From IMG/VR virus record IMGVR_UViG_3300037047_000119: 64,000 bases of DNA; one strand, given 5' to 3'. Below the pieces are notes generated by a model, which saw only the letters and a program-made list of their open reading frames with translations, ran no database searches and had not been told where the DNA came from. Within the stretch, counting starts at the first letter, position 1. Every line of letters starts with the position of its first letter. A program made the position numbers and the translations under genes. Positions 47,120-56,100 of the stretch are shown piece after piece. This DNA comes from an uncultured virus (IMG/VR IMGVR_UViG_3300037047_000119). Taxonomy: Duplodnaviria; Heunggongvirae; Uroviricota; Caudoviricetes.

Positions 47120-48038
47120 CTTTCAGACGCCCATTCGAGTTCTTGATCATGGCTACATACTGTTAATAGATGTTATGGGGGATGATGATGCGGTGGTTCA
47201 AGCAGCTAGGGTGTCTTATGCAAGGGGCACAAAAAAATCAAATTCCGACAAACAGCTTCTCCGATATCTTCTAAGATCAGGACACACATCGCCCTTTGAA
47301 CAGGCACAAATCAAACTAGAGATAAAACTCCCCATTTATGTCGAACGTCAATGGGCTCGGCACAGGACGGCTTCTTGGAACGAGGTGTCCGGACGATACA
47401 GTGAACTTCCGAACGAGATGCACACTACAGAAGGGCATGCCTTCCGAGTCCAGTCCACCGACAACAAACAGGGGTCGGGAGGATATCTCACAGAGTGGCC
47501 TACGGAAATCAGCCGCCCCGAGTTCGACGGCAAAAAACTCCCTGTGGGCGAGTACCTGTCAAAACAAGAGAACTGGCTGCATGAATCTGCCCACTGGATC
47601 TACCAGGAGCGCCTTGATCTCGGTGTCGCCCGAGAGCAAGCCCGATGCGTCCTGCCTGTCAGTACCTACACATCAAAGGTATGGACCATCGACCTCCACA
47701 ACCTGTTGAATTTTTTACGTCTTCGGATGGATTCCCACGCCCAGTTGGAGATTCGACAATATGCAAATGCCCTCGCTGAGATCGTCAAAAGCTGGGTTCC
47801 GTGGACATGGGAAGCGTTCGAGGACTACACTCTGGGGTCGATGACATTCTCCCGACAAGAACTTCTGGGGATTTCGAGTCTACTGAACCGCTGTGGGTCT
47901 TTGACCACCACGGTGGAGCATTCTGGCTTGAAGGGCAGAGAGGCTAAAGAGTTCAAGGCGAAACTGGTCAAACTGTGGGGACTGGATCCTCGCTGGGGAG
48001 AGTCTCTTTCGGAACAGCCACAAGTTCCCAAGCCGTAA
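47097..48038 (+). CDS. thyX: FAD-dependent thymidylate synthase
   Basis: AARVSY, H.SPFE, RHRTASWNEVSGRY signature, AREQAR.VLP, LR...HAQ.EIR.YA. Confidence 0.97.
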   Translation: MLPEHLRDFQTPIRVLDHGYILLIDVMGDDDAVVQAARVSYARGTKKSNSDKQLLRYLLRSGHTSPFEQAQIKLEIKLPIYVERQWARHRTASWNEVSGRYSELPNEMHTTEGHAFRVQSTDNKQGSGGYLTEWPTEISRPEFDGKKLPVGEYLSKQENWLHESAHWIYQERLDLGVAREQARCVLPVSTYTSKVWTIDLHNLLNFLRLRMDSHAQLEIRQYANALAEIVKSWVPWTWEAFEDYTLGSMTFSRQELLGISSLLNRCGSLTTTVEHSGLKGREAKEFKAKLVKLWGLDPRWGESLSEQPQVPKP

Positions 48039-48198
48039 ATGTGCCCGTCCTACGTTCGTCTCCCGTCATCCAGGTACAACTGTAGTTGATCGTCTCTCCC
48101 GACTTGTGATCTTGTAAAATGTGAACTACCACCATAGAGGAAGGGCCGCCGGTCACGTGTCGAACGAGATCTCCCATTTGAAACTCGCGGAGTGTCAT
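47968..48198 (-). CDS. Small YodC/DUF2158-like SH3-fold protein
   Basis: FQMGDLVR...GGP..MVV...CTW......GTF...EL; GGAGG SD; convergent overlap with the thyX 3' end. Confidence 0.65.
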   Translation of the reverse strand: MTLREFQMGDLVRHVTGGPSSMVVVHILQDHKSGETINYSCTWMTGDERRTGTFTAWELVAVPKETLPSEDPVPTV

Positions 48199-48220
48199 TC
48201 GTCCTCCATCCGCTAGAATA

Positions 48221-48616
48221 TCACAGCCACAAAGGAGCCCCCTTATAACGGAAACCCTGAGCCTTGAGGTAGTCTATCGTCCGTCCAATTTGTTCAGTCG
48301 TTCGATCAGGTCCTTCCTTGAAAAGCGCCAGTGTCACAAAAAGGTACCCCTCCCGGGCGTGAACTTCGGCGCCATACGAGGAACTATTACCAATCTCGAA
48401 TCGTTCCGGAGTATCGTCCCCACGAGTAGCGGCACCCATAGCATCGAACAGTTCCTTCTCGGCCCATTTCAAATCGTCTTGAACGTCATGGATTTTCCGT
48501 TTTGTACCATCCAAATCGATAGAGATCTGGAAAACAACTCGACGTTTGTCTACAAAAAACTGAACCTGCCCTCGAATGCCCGCAAGTTTTTTCAGCGCAA
48601 CCAGAGAATCACTCAT
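48221..48616 (-). CDS. Hypothetical protein
   Basis: 131 aa, AGGAGG SD. Confidence 0.75.
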   Translation of the reverse strand: MSDSLVALKKLAGIRGQVQFFVDKRRVVFQISIDLDGTKRKIHDVQDDLKWAEKELFDAMGAATRGDDTPERFEIGNSSSYGAEVHAREGYLFVTLALFKEGPDRTTEQIGRTIDYLKAQGFRYKGAPLWL

Positions 48617-48633
48617 GGCAACCTCCTAATGAT

Positions 48634-48690
48634 CTACCATCTCTTTCTGGGTTCGGTGGAAAGCTTAGTTAGCTGGATCAAGGGGTCCAT
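48634..48690 (-). CDS. Candidate 18-aa peptide or gene remnant (MDPLIQLTKLSTEPRKRW)
   Basis: Strong GGAGG SD directly behind a late-promoter motif. Confidence 0.35.
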   Translation of the reverse strand: MDPLIQLTKLSTEPRKRW

Positions 48691-48719
48691 GTGAAACCTC
48701 CGTCTCTATCGGAGAGGTC

Positions 48720-48736
48720 TCATAGGGGTTCTAACG
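48720..48736 (-). promoter_or_regulatory. Putative phage late promoter (CGTT-N7-CTATGA)
   Basis: Repeated motif. Confidence 0.5.
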
Positions 48737-48895
48737 CACGTGCTCCATTTTGACGGGGTCTTCTCCGGAGAGAAGACGGCAGATCGCATCCGACTTGCCG
48801 ATCTGACACCGACCCATCTCAGCCTTGCGCTGCGCAGTCGGCATGCATCCTGAAAACAGGATCAGGAACAGGAGGCAGGTTAACAGGAGTTTCAT
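48731..48895 (-). CDS. Small putative lipoprotein, 54 aa
   Basis: Below the ORF-track cutoff. MKLLLTCLLFLILFSG-C signal peptide with lipobox-like FSGC; fills the gap after the 48906 stop. Confidence 0.6.
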   Translation of the reverse strand: MKLLLTCLLFLILFSGCMPTAQRKAEMGRCQIGKSDAICRLLSGEDPVKMEHVR

Positions 48896-48905
48896 GGGTT
48901 TCCCA

Positions 48906-49214
48906 CTAGCGCAGAGAAACTACTTGAATGGAGAAATTGACCACCGGAATGTGATCCGGGTCATCCCGCATCCTATCAAGCTCCTCCTGAAGTCGCTCTA
49001 CCTGCTCTGGGGAGGCATTCTCAGCACAGACACATGAATGCGGGTGAACCGTTACCACATGGACATCGAAATTGGTCACCATGGTATAGTCGGGATCGTT
49101 GAGGCAGAGTTTAACCTGTTCCCGAAGCTCCTCGATCTGCTCTTGGTCCATGTACTCGTTCCAGTAAATTCGAGCCACAACTTCATCTGCCGGGTTGGTC
49201 TTCTCGTCACACAT
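48906..49214 (-). CDS. Hypothetical 102-aa protein made of two internal repeats
   Basis: Start reassigned to ATG 49214 (AAGGAGG SD); EQ.E.L.E......DPD...V.NF...VV occurs twice. Confidence 0.7.
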   Translation of the reverse strand: MCDEKTNPADEVVARIYWNEYMDQEQIEELREQVKLCLNDPDYTMVTNFDVHVVTVHPHSCVCAENASPEQVERLQEELDRMRDDPDHIPVVNFSIQVVSLR

Positions 49215-49289
49215 AGAGTCCTCCTTGGAAGTCATGAGACCATACCCACAAAAAACTTGATCCGCAGGGGCTTGATCGGGTAGGGTAAA

Positions 49290-49482
49290 AACATGACCGA
49301 CGACGCCTCTCCATTGGAAGCGCAACCTCGTCGGTGTTTCGCGGTGGGCTCACGGGCTCATCGCATCCCCGCGGGGACACTCCCGACTGGTACCGGAAAG
49401 GTTTGGCAACCGCGGGTCCTCTCCGGAGATAGCATCTCCGGACCGACGCCCACCGAGTCATCCTCGGTGGGCGTCTCTTTTT
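49290..49482 (+). ncRNA. Candidate structured small RNA (tandem hairpins)
   Basis: Four stems plus a terminator; possible promoter TTGATC-N18-TAGGGT at 49257-49286; no credible ORF. Confidence 0.5.
49445..49482 (+). terminator. Intrinsic terminator
   Basis: Perfect 13-bp stem GACGCCCACCGAG/CTCGGTGGGCGTC followed by TCTTTTT. Confidence 0.8.
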
Positions 49483-49559
49483 GGTCAGGATTAAAAAATG
49501 TCAAAACTCCGGGAGGGCCATTTTCCATGCCTTTGGAGTAGAGTGAACCAAGGCACGAA

Positions 49560-50639
49560 ATGAAAGGGCTTCTCATGAGTTCAAATCTAGTCACCAAAAC
49601 ACTTGACCCCGCGAGCACAATCCTAGCCAACCCCGGCTTAAACTGGAACAAACTGGCGGGGTCGGCGCACTCGAAAATCAACTGGAAAGAAACCAGAGCT
49701 TTTTTGAACCCGTTGGATATTGAACCGGACAATAAAACTTTCGACCCAGACAAAAAATACAAATGGCTTACCAGACATCTCATCCAACGGACGGTCAAAC
49801 CCATCCACATGGAAATTGGGGCAGCTTTAAAGGAAGGTTCTGGACTGTTGTCATCGATCCAACTTCACAAAGTAGGGGCTCAATATCGAGTCCTGGACGG
49901 AAAACAAAAACTGCATGGGGTATTGGAGTATGGCCTGTCCGTAGTAGCACCTGTAGTTGTCTATGAGGGACTGACGGAAGAGGAAGAAGTTGCTGTTTAC
50001 CTCATTGCCAACAACGTCACCATTCAGCAACCCCATGATTTTCTTCGCGCCTTGAGATCCAAAAGTTTGGCCTTTGAACATTTTGAGGGTTCTTTCGAGG
50101 ACTCGGAAGGTGTTATTGGCAGGGAATCTTTCCCCATGGTCATCCGCTGGAGTGGGATTCCTACTAAAACAATCTCCTCCTACCCTGTAACAGCCCTTGT
50201 TAGAATGTCGCTATACCTCTACAAAAAGTATCCCAGCATTGCGGCGGACAAGGCATCCAAAATCCAACTAGGTCAACACTTTCTGACAACGGACTGCTTA
50301 GATAACATGACGCTGCTCAGTCAAGTTATCCAAGGTTTACTGGATCTGGGGGTCACTAATCCAGTGTATTTTAAAGAAAGTGTTTTATACCCACTTTTGA
50401 TGCTTGCCTCGGAACATGGGGCTAAAAAAGTTCTTGAGTTCCTGAGCCATGGACTCCAGAGTCCCTTTTGGAGCACCGAATTGCCGGGGGAACTCAGAGG
50501 CCGTTTATCCGTCAAACAAGTGCGGAAAACTTATCAGCTTGTGATGGATTCTCTCCACTACAAAAAGAAATCTTCCAAACTGGAATGGCCCAAATGGGCT
50601 GAGAACCTTCCAGTTCCTACCCGTTTTATGGGGTTGTAA
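49560..50639 (+). CDS. ParB-N/DGQHR-like domain protein
   Basis: IQR, YRVLDGKQKL (compare DGQQR/DGQHR) and V.VYEGLTEEEE...Y...N; visibly more AT-rich than the structural genes. Confidence 0.55.
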   Translation: MKGLLMSSNLVTKTLDPASTILANPGLNWNKLAGSAHSKINWKETRAFLNPLDIEPDNKTFDPDKKYKWLTRHLIQRTVKPIHMEIGAALKEGSGLLSSIQLHKVGAQYRVLDGKQKLHGVLEYGLSVVAPVVVYEGLTEEEEVAVYLIANNVTIQQPHDFLRALRSKSLAFEHFEGSFEDSEGVIGRESFPMVIRWSGIPTKTISSYPVTALVRMSLYLYKKYPSIAADKASKIQLGQHFLTTDCLDNMTLLSQVIQGLLDLGVTNPVYFKESVLYPLLMLASEHGAKKVLEFLSHGLQSPFWSTELPGELRGRLSVKQVRKTYQLVMDSLHYKKKSSKLEWPKWAENLPVPTRFMGL

Positions 50640-50643
50640 TCCC

Positions 50644-51264
50644 ATGACGGAAATGACCCAAGATCTCAAACACAAAATACTGGGGAAACTACGTATTCTT
50701 TGCTCAATGAGTTCAACTCAACAGAGCAAAAGAATGGAATCTTTAGCGGAAGAGATCGCCTGCTCCATGAGGTGTCAAAGTGGGTGGTGTAACCACCCCC
50801 ATATTTGTTACCCTCAGGGTACATGTCAATGTCGTACCCCTGAAACCACTAGTGCCTCACCACGGAAGGATAGACCCCCCTCGCCCCTACCCCGCAAATT
50901 GTTTGACCCCGAATTTATAGAGTGCAAGTCAACACGATCTGTGTGGGGGTATGAAAACAGTCCTTATTTTGTACCCGGGACATTAGCGTTAGACTCCGAC
51001 AAAGGGGTCATCCTAATGTGCACAGGAACTCATCCAAACCCAACAGAGCCCATGATCTATTTTCTAGTCGTGGCAGCCCAGACGGACAAAAATCGTCTGG
51101 GCAAACCATCTAAGACGTCCATCGGGAAATGGAAAACGATGGTGGACATTTACCGAAAAAAGAAACCAACCACCGGATGGCTCTATTGGAATGAATTCCA
51201 GGAGCATCCTGTCGACAGAGAAGCCTACCTGAAAACCTCCGGCATCACAGATTTTGCGGAGTAG
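50644..51264 (+). CDS. Hypothetical protein with a Cys/His cluster
   Basis: 206 aa, coupled to the previous gene; C..C....C.H..C.....C.C cluster. Confidence 0.6.
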   Translation: MTEMTQDLKHKILGKLRILCSMSSTQQSKRMESLAEEIACSMRCQSGWCNHPHICYPQGTCQCRTPETTSASPRKDRPPSPLPRKLFDPEFIECKSTRSVWGYENSPYFVPGTLALDSDKGVILMCTGTHPNPTEPMIYFLVVAAQTDKNRLGKPSKTSIGKWKTMVDIYRKKKPTTGWLYWNEFQEHPVDREAYLKTSGITDFAE

Positions 51265-52999
51265 ACCACACCAACTTCTTCCCCAACCAAATGCCACCGG
51301 GACGTACCTCCAGCACTCCAAGGTCAACTAACCTTCCCCGCAGGTAAGCCACATCAGTAAAGGGCTCGTCCTCCAGCACCTCCATGTAATGGAGTCCCGG
51401 GGTCGATAGCACCATCTCCCGTTTGATGCGATCCCGTTCCCGCAGCGCGTCCCACTCGGAACGGTAGGACTCGTTCGTCAAAAAAGCGTTCGGGAACAGG
51501 TAATGCTGATGACCTTGGAACTCGACTATCAGATATGCTTCCTCGAAAAACCCATCAAACCGAAACCTATGCCCTGAGTTCGGATTGACAAAGCGTGCGG
51601 ATTTCCACTCCGAGATGTAGACTAGACCACCCAGAGCCTCCTGCACTGCATCTAAACAAAGGGTCTGACGAATCCGTCGATGAAAAGAGGGTAGCCCTAG
51701 TCGGAGGCATTCACGCTTGACAATGGGGAAACTGAGCTTCAAACCCCTCATTGCCGATGCCGGAGATACTTTCCCGTTCCCCAATTTGTAGGGCTTCAAA
51801 TCCTCCACCGTCAAAAACACCCGACGCCGCGCCACCGCTTGTTCGATGTACTTAGGGGTAGGCTTCAAACCTAGCGCATCCATGTATCCTTTCAAAGTCG
51901 GCCACGCACAGCCCACAGCGGCGAGCATGCGACGATGATCTACGGTGCCGTCAGGTTCCAGATAGGGCTTGAAGTCCTCCAGCGTGAACCCGATCAGTTT
52001 GGCTTGCCTGATACGTTCCCCAAACTCCGGAGATCGGGGAACACCACGGATCGCAGTTTTTTCCCGGAGAGCCGACCCCAGAGAGACGACGATCGCCTCT
52101 GGATGCCGCTCCCGATACCCCGGGTGCTCATGCTGGAGATGGCTCACGAGGCTTTCTGCCCGATACCAGCACTCCAAACACGTCACGTAGTCTTGAGGTT
52201 CTGACATACCTGCCCACTGCGCGTCCTCAGCACGACTCTGACACTCAGCACAGAGATGGTTGTGCATCCAGCCGAGAAACTTAGAAACGTCTTGTAGGGC
52301 ACCACAGTACGGGCAGGAGAGGGTCTTGGTTGAACCCTTCCCAAACCCACCCCGGCGATTCTTAGCAGCAGCGGATCGTTTTTCCGTCAGCGATCGGGAA
52401 CGGATGAGAGCGCCCGGAAAATTCTCCCGGTACTGCTCCGCTGTAATCCCATGTTCCGCTTTCAAATGTCGAGCCAGCGTCTCAGCCTTACGTCCACACA
52501 CCCGACAAGAAACATACTCCTCGTCTTCCGTTAAATTCACCCAATGTGTATCAGGCTCTTGATACTCCTGATGCGCAAGGTCCCCCGCCTCCCGCCTATG
52601 CCGGAAATGATGAGCAAGCCCCCGAGCCCCATCTACACCCTGCCCACAAACAGGACACACCGTGTCATACCGACACGAGCCACAAACAAACTGAGCCGGA
52701 TCCCCCATCTGAGCGATCTGATTCGTTTTCAACGGAATCCGGGTGCGGCATTTAGAACAGGTTAGTTCAACTGTTTTGTATACTCGTGTCCTTGCCGTGG
52801 CTCGACACGTCTCAGCAGCGGCTGCAGCCTGAATCCGCTTCCCCCTTTCCGTAAAAGCATCCTCCCCGAAAACTGCTTTCCAAATCGGGCGGAGTCGATT
52901 GGGGGACAAACGCAGCCGAGCAGATACAGCTTTAAGCGTCTCCTCCGTTTGAAAAGCAGCTAAAATCTCTTCGTGTGTGGCTTTGGATCGTTCACGCAT
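51245..52999 (-). CDS. Multi-zinc-finger protein with C-terminal PD-(D/E)xK (Vsr/DUF559-like) endonuclease; putative homing endonuclease
   Basis: Start reassigned to ATG 52999 (GAGGAG SD). CxxC...H...H fingers including the Ros/MucR-like CRVCG.....LARHLK.EHGIT..QYR; nuclease motif FRFDGF......VEFQG.QHY....RD..K. Confidence 0.8.
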   Translation of the reverse strand: MRERSKATHEEILAAFQTEETLKAVSARLRLSPNRLRPIWKAVFGEDAFTERGKRIQAAAAAETCRATARTRVYKTVELTCSKCRTRIPLKTNQIAQMGDPAQFVCGSCRYDTVCPVCGQGVDGARGLAHHFRHRREAGDLAHQEYQEPDTHWVNLTEDEEYVSCRVCGRKAETLARHLKAEHGITAEQYRENFPGALIRSRSLTEKRSAAAKNRRGGFGKGSTKTLSCPYCGALQDVSKFLGWMHNHLCAECQSRAEDAQWAGMSEPQDYVTCLECWYRAESLVSHLQHEHPGYRERHPEAIVVSLGSALREKTAIRGVPRSPEFGERIRQAKLIGFTLEDFKPYLEPDGTVDHRRMLAAVGCAWPTLKGYMDALGLKPTPKYIEQAVARRRVFLTVEDLKPYKLGNGKVSPASAMRGLKLSFPIVKRECLRLGLPSFHRRIRQTLCLDAVQEALGGLVYISEWKSARFVNPNSGHRFRFDGFFEEAYLIVEFQGHQHYLFPNAFLTNESYRSEWDALRERDRIKREMVLSTPGLHYMEVLEDEPFTDVAYLRGRLVDLGVLEVRPGGIWLGKKLVWSTPQNL

Positions 53000-53031
53000 A
53001 GGTCTACACTCCTCAGGTTGTACACCCAAGG

Positions 53032-53060
53032 AGTGTAGATATTACGGTGGGAGGAGTCAA
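53032..53060 (-). promoter_or_regulatory. Sigma70-type promoter TTGACT-N17-TACACT for the endonuclease gene
   Basis: Near-consensus boxes with exact 17-bp spacing. Confidence 0.65.
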
Positions 53061-53080
53061 ACGGTTTCTACAGAAACCGT
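53061..53080 (-). terminator. Inverted repeat after the sheath gene (weak terminator or operator)
   Basis: ACGGTTTCT-AC-AGAAACCGT; only a short U-tract. Confidence 0.4.
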
Positions 53081-53101
53081 ATAACCCGTTGCTTTTACGG
53101 C

Positions 53102-56100
53102 TTATACTTGGGACCTCAAATTGAAGGTGAGCTTCAGGTAAAGTAGTGGGAAAACCGGCGAGTAGTAGGCAATCACGTTCGCCGTCGTCGGATCCTCGGG
53201 ATCCGGGGTTGCCTTGATTCCGGTGTACCCGGATACGATGTTCGCTGCCACCAGCTTCTTGAACATCATCGCGAGGCGTCCCTCAACCTGGGACAAAATC
53301 CCCGGCAGGTACTTGGATCCGATGAAGCCTTCCAGGACGTTGCGTGCCTGCCGCTGAACCTCATCCGCGATCAGGATGATCGTCGGAAGCTGCGAGAGCC
53401 GCTTGTTGCCCTGGGTGCTTGCCCCCAGCATATCCGTCGTGAGGCCATGCCGTACCCGAATGAACGGGGGCTTGTCCTCGAAAACGGTCACACCGTTCTG
53501 TGAGACCAGATTCATCTCGACCGGGTCGAGTCGTCTACCGAGCCGAGTGAATCCTGTCAACCGCCGTCCGGTCCACGGCGTGGCCACATCGTAGTTCGGG
53601 GACACAACCGATCCGGTAAGGGCGGCTGCTACGAACGTGCCGTCGACCAGAAACTCTTTGACATTCCCCTCGTTGTCCTGAATGGTGACCACCGCCGAGT
53701 CGGGGTACACCAGCCGCATACGGGTGTTCGACAACGCCTTCGCCGTAGAGATGGCGTCTTGCGGCCTTTTGCCCAACGCCAATCCCAGGATGGCGGTGCG
53801 CTCCGAGCGGTACCGCATGCTGGACATCTTGTCGCACGACCTGCGGATCACCAGGAACAGGTCGGTCGAGTCACCTCTCATCGGGACGAGAATGTCGGGG
53901 TTCACAAATCCCGGCAACACGCCCTCCAACTCCTCAATCGCCGCCCGGTAAGTCGTCAGGCTTGCCTGGGAAGATCCAGTCTCCTTCGGCACCTGTTTGA
54001 CACCCACCAGAACCGCGCCGTTCATCATGGCGAGGTAAGAGGCAAGGCTGACCGGGTTGTCCGGAACCGGAGCGCCGTAAGCACTCTCGATGGAACTCAC
54101 CTTGGTGTAGAACTGCGTAGTGAAATCCTGCTTAGTGTATACGTAAGATACGTAATACAGATCACCGATTGCAGGCTCATTCCCTGATCTCTCGAACGTC
54201 TGCACCAGCGCGGTGTCATCCACTGCGACGTTCGACGTATTCGAGACCCTCAACTCCAATCCTGGAATTGCATGGTGCGGGATGTTCGCGTCACACGTAA
54301 ACGTCCGGGTTCCCTTCACCCGGAAACTCGCTGTTGCGCCCGTCGGGTACGCAATCCATGGGCCTACCTGATCTGTGCTCCAACCGCGCGGGAGGATCGT
54401 GAACGTCAGTCCCGTTACCTCGTCACGGTAGGTCTGACCGATGATGCCGTCCTGGCCCACCCCGTTGTTGAGGATCGATGTATTCACTGACCCGGATCCC
54501 GCCGGGTTGCTCGACACAACGAAGAACCCATTCAGAGCGGGGTCACCTACGGCACCGTCGGTATCCTCCGCGGTCAAACCAGTGCCGTAGAACAGGGCAC
54601 TGGCAACGTTCGGGGATGGATCCCGTACCGTCACGCTCGACGCTGTCCCCAGTCCGGCGGCCAGAGTCGGGGCGTCTTGCAGGTACAGGAATTCGGCGCC
54701 CGTCGCATCAGCCTCGACCCAAGCAATTCCGTACTTGGCGAAAGTCCTTGTCGGGTCGGTCGGGAAATTCTCGGGGCTGAACACCCAGTTGTTGAACGTT
54801 GCGTGCTGATGCGCCGTCAGGGCAGAGGCCAATGTGCGTGCCTCAACCAGCGTACGGAGAGACACAGCGTCCGTACCAAACCCGAGGAGACCATTGGCGG
54901 AACCGGAACCGATCTCGATGCGGGACTGCTCATTGTAACGCGCGCTCGTCATGCGCCATCCAGCACCCTCCTGCCGGACATACTTGGCGTTGAAGATCGC
55001 TGAGGCATTGCCGAACGGAGCCCCCGGAACGGCTGCCATCGCGTCGATAATCTGGTCCAGCACCGAACCGTTGCTGGCACCCGAGGCCGGGCCCAGAGCC
55101 GTTGCCGTGCCTCCTGCGGAAGCCGTAAACGTGACCGTGACTGCTACACCGTCCAACTCAAACTCGAACACGTTGTTCGCGGGGGTCGTTCCCGTTCCGT
55201 CATAGAACGTGATAGAAGGCTGGAAACTGGTTCCGTTCTGACCCCCAAGGAATCCGACCTCTCCGGACATGGTCGCGGGATGTACAACCGCAGCCGATCC
55301 GGCATTGCCACTGTCCCCCGTAGCGAGTCCGGCTTTCTCGTTGCCGACCTTGACCACCAGTCCGCACTTGGAGACCGTAAAGTCAGCAGCCTGAGAACCC
55401 CCACCACCCGGCAGGAGCCGGTTCCGGAGGAGGATCCGGTCGTAAAGCTTCGTGGCTCCGGAAGACGGGCACTCGTAGGCACGCGCAATCGGCCCCTGTA
55501 CCAGGGCTGCCTGACCACCCGCTGCCGCTGCCGCCGTGTCCAACCCAGCCAGGATCGCGAAATCCGCTGCCGTGGTTCCGGCATTGATGAACTGGAGGAC
55601 ACCAGCACCGTCCACACCGGGTAGCTGCATTGAGAACTGCAACTGACCTTCGGCGTTGGCCTCGCACGTGATAATCAGACCAGCGTGTGCCGCGGATGCT
55701 GCCGTCGTGATCGAGGTCGCGATCTGCGTTGTGACTTCGGTCGCCAGTGCCGCAGCGCTCGCGAACGGGCCATTGCCCAGATTGATCTCAGTCGTTCCAG
55801 CGCCCGTCAGGGACAAAGCACCTGATACGTTGCCCGTGTAAATCAGGCGCAGCTTGTCATGCTTATCAGTATCCAGAGAAATCGGACCATTGAACCGGGT
55901 GGCACCCGTCAGGACCCCCACGGTTTCCGGGTTGTAGATGTAGTAGGGATCTGTGACTACCGGGGGCGTCGGGCCGCCCGGCCATGGCGCAACTGTGGCC
56001 GTCTGGGTTGCTCCGTCGTAATCGACTACCGTGCGAGCAGTGCCTGCAGCAGCCGCCCCACCATTGCCGATAACGATGACCCATCCGTTGTAGAAGTCGT

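Noticed and set aside
49385..49412. SRP RNA helix-8-like CTGGTACCGGAAAGGTTTGGCA
   Set aside because: Lacks the conserved CAGG/AGCAG internal loop; the resemblance is too weak.
49293..49810. Listed ORFs 49293-49541 (+), 49207-49461 (-) and 49358-49810 (-)
   Set aside because: No SD, and they run through hairpins, the terminator or the ParB-like gene.
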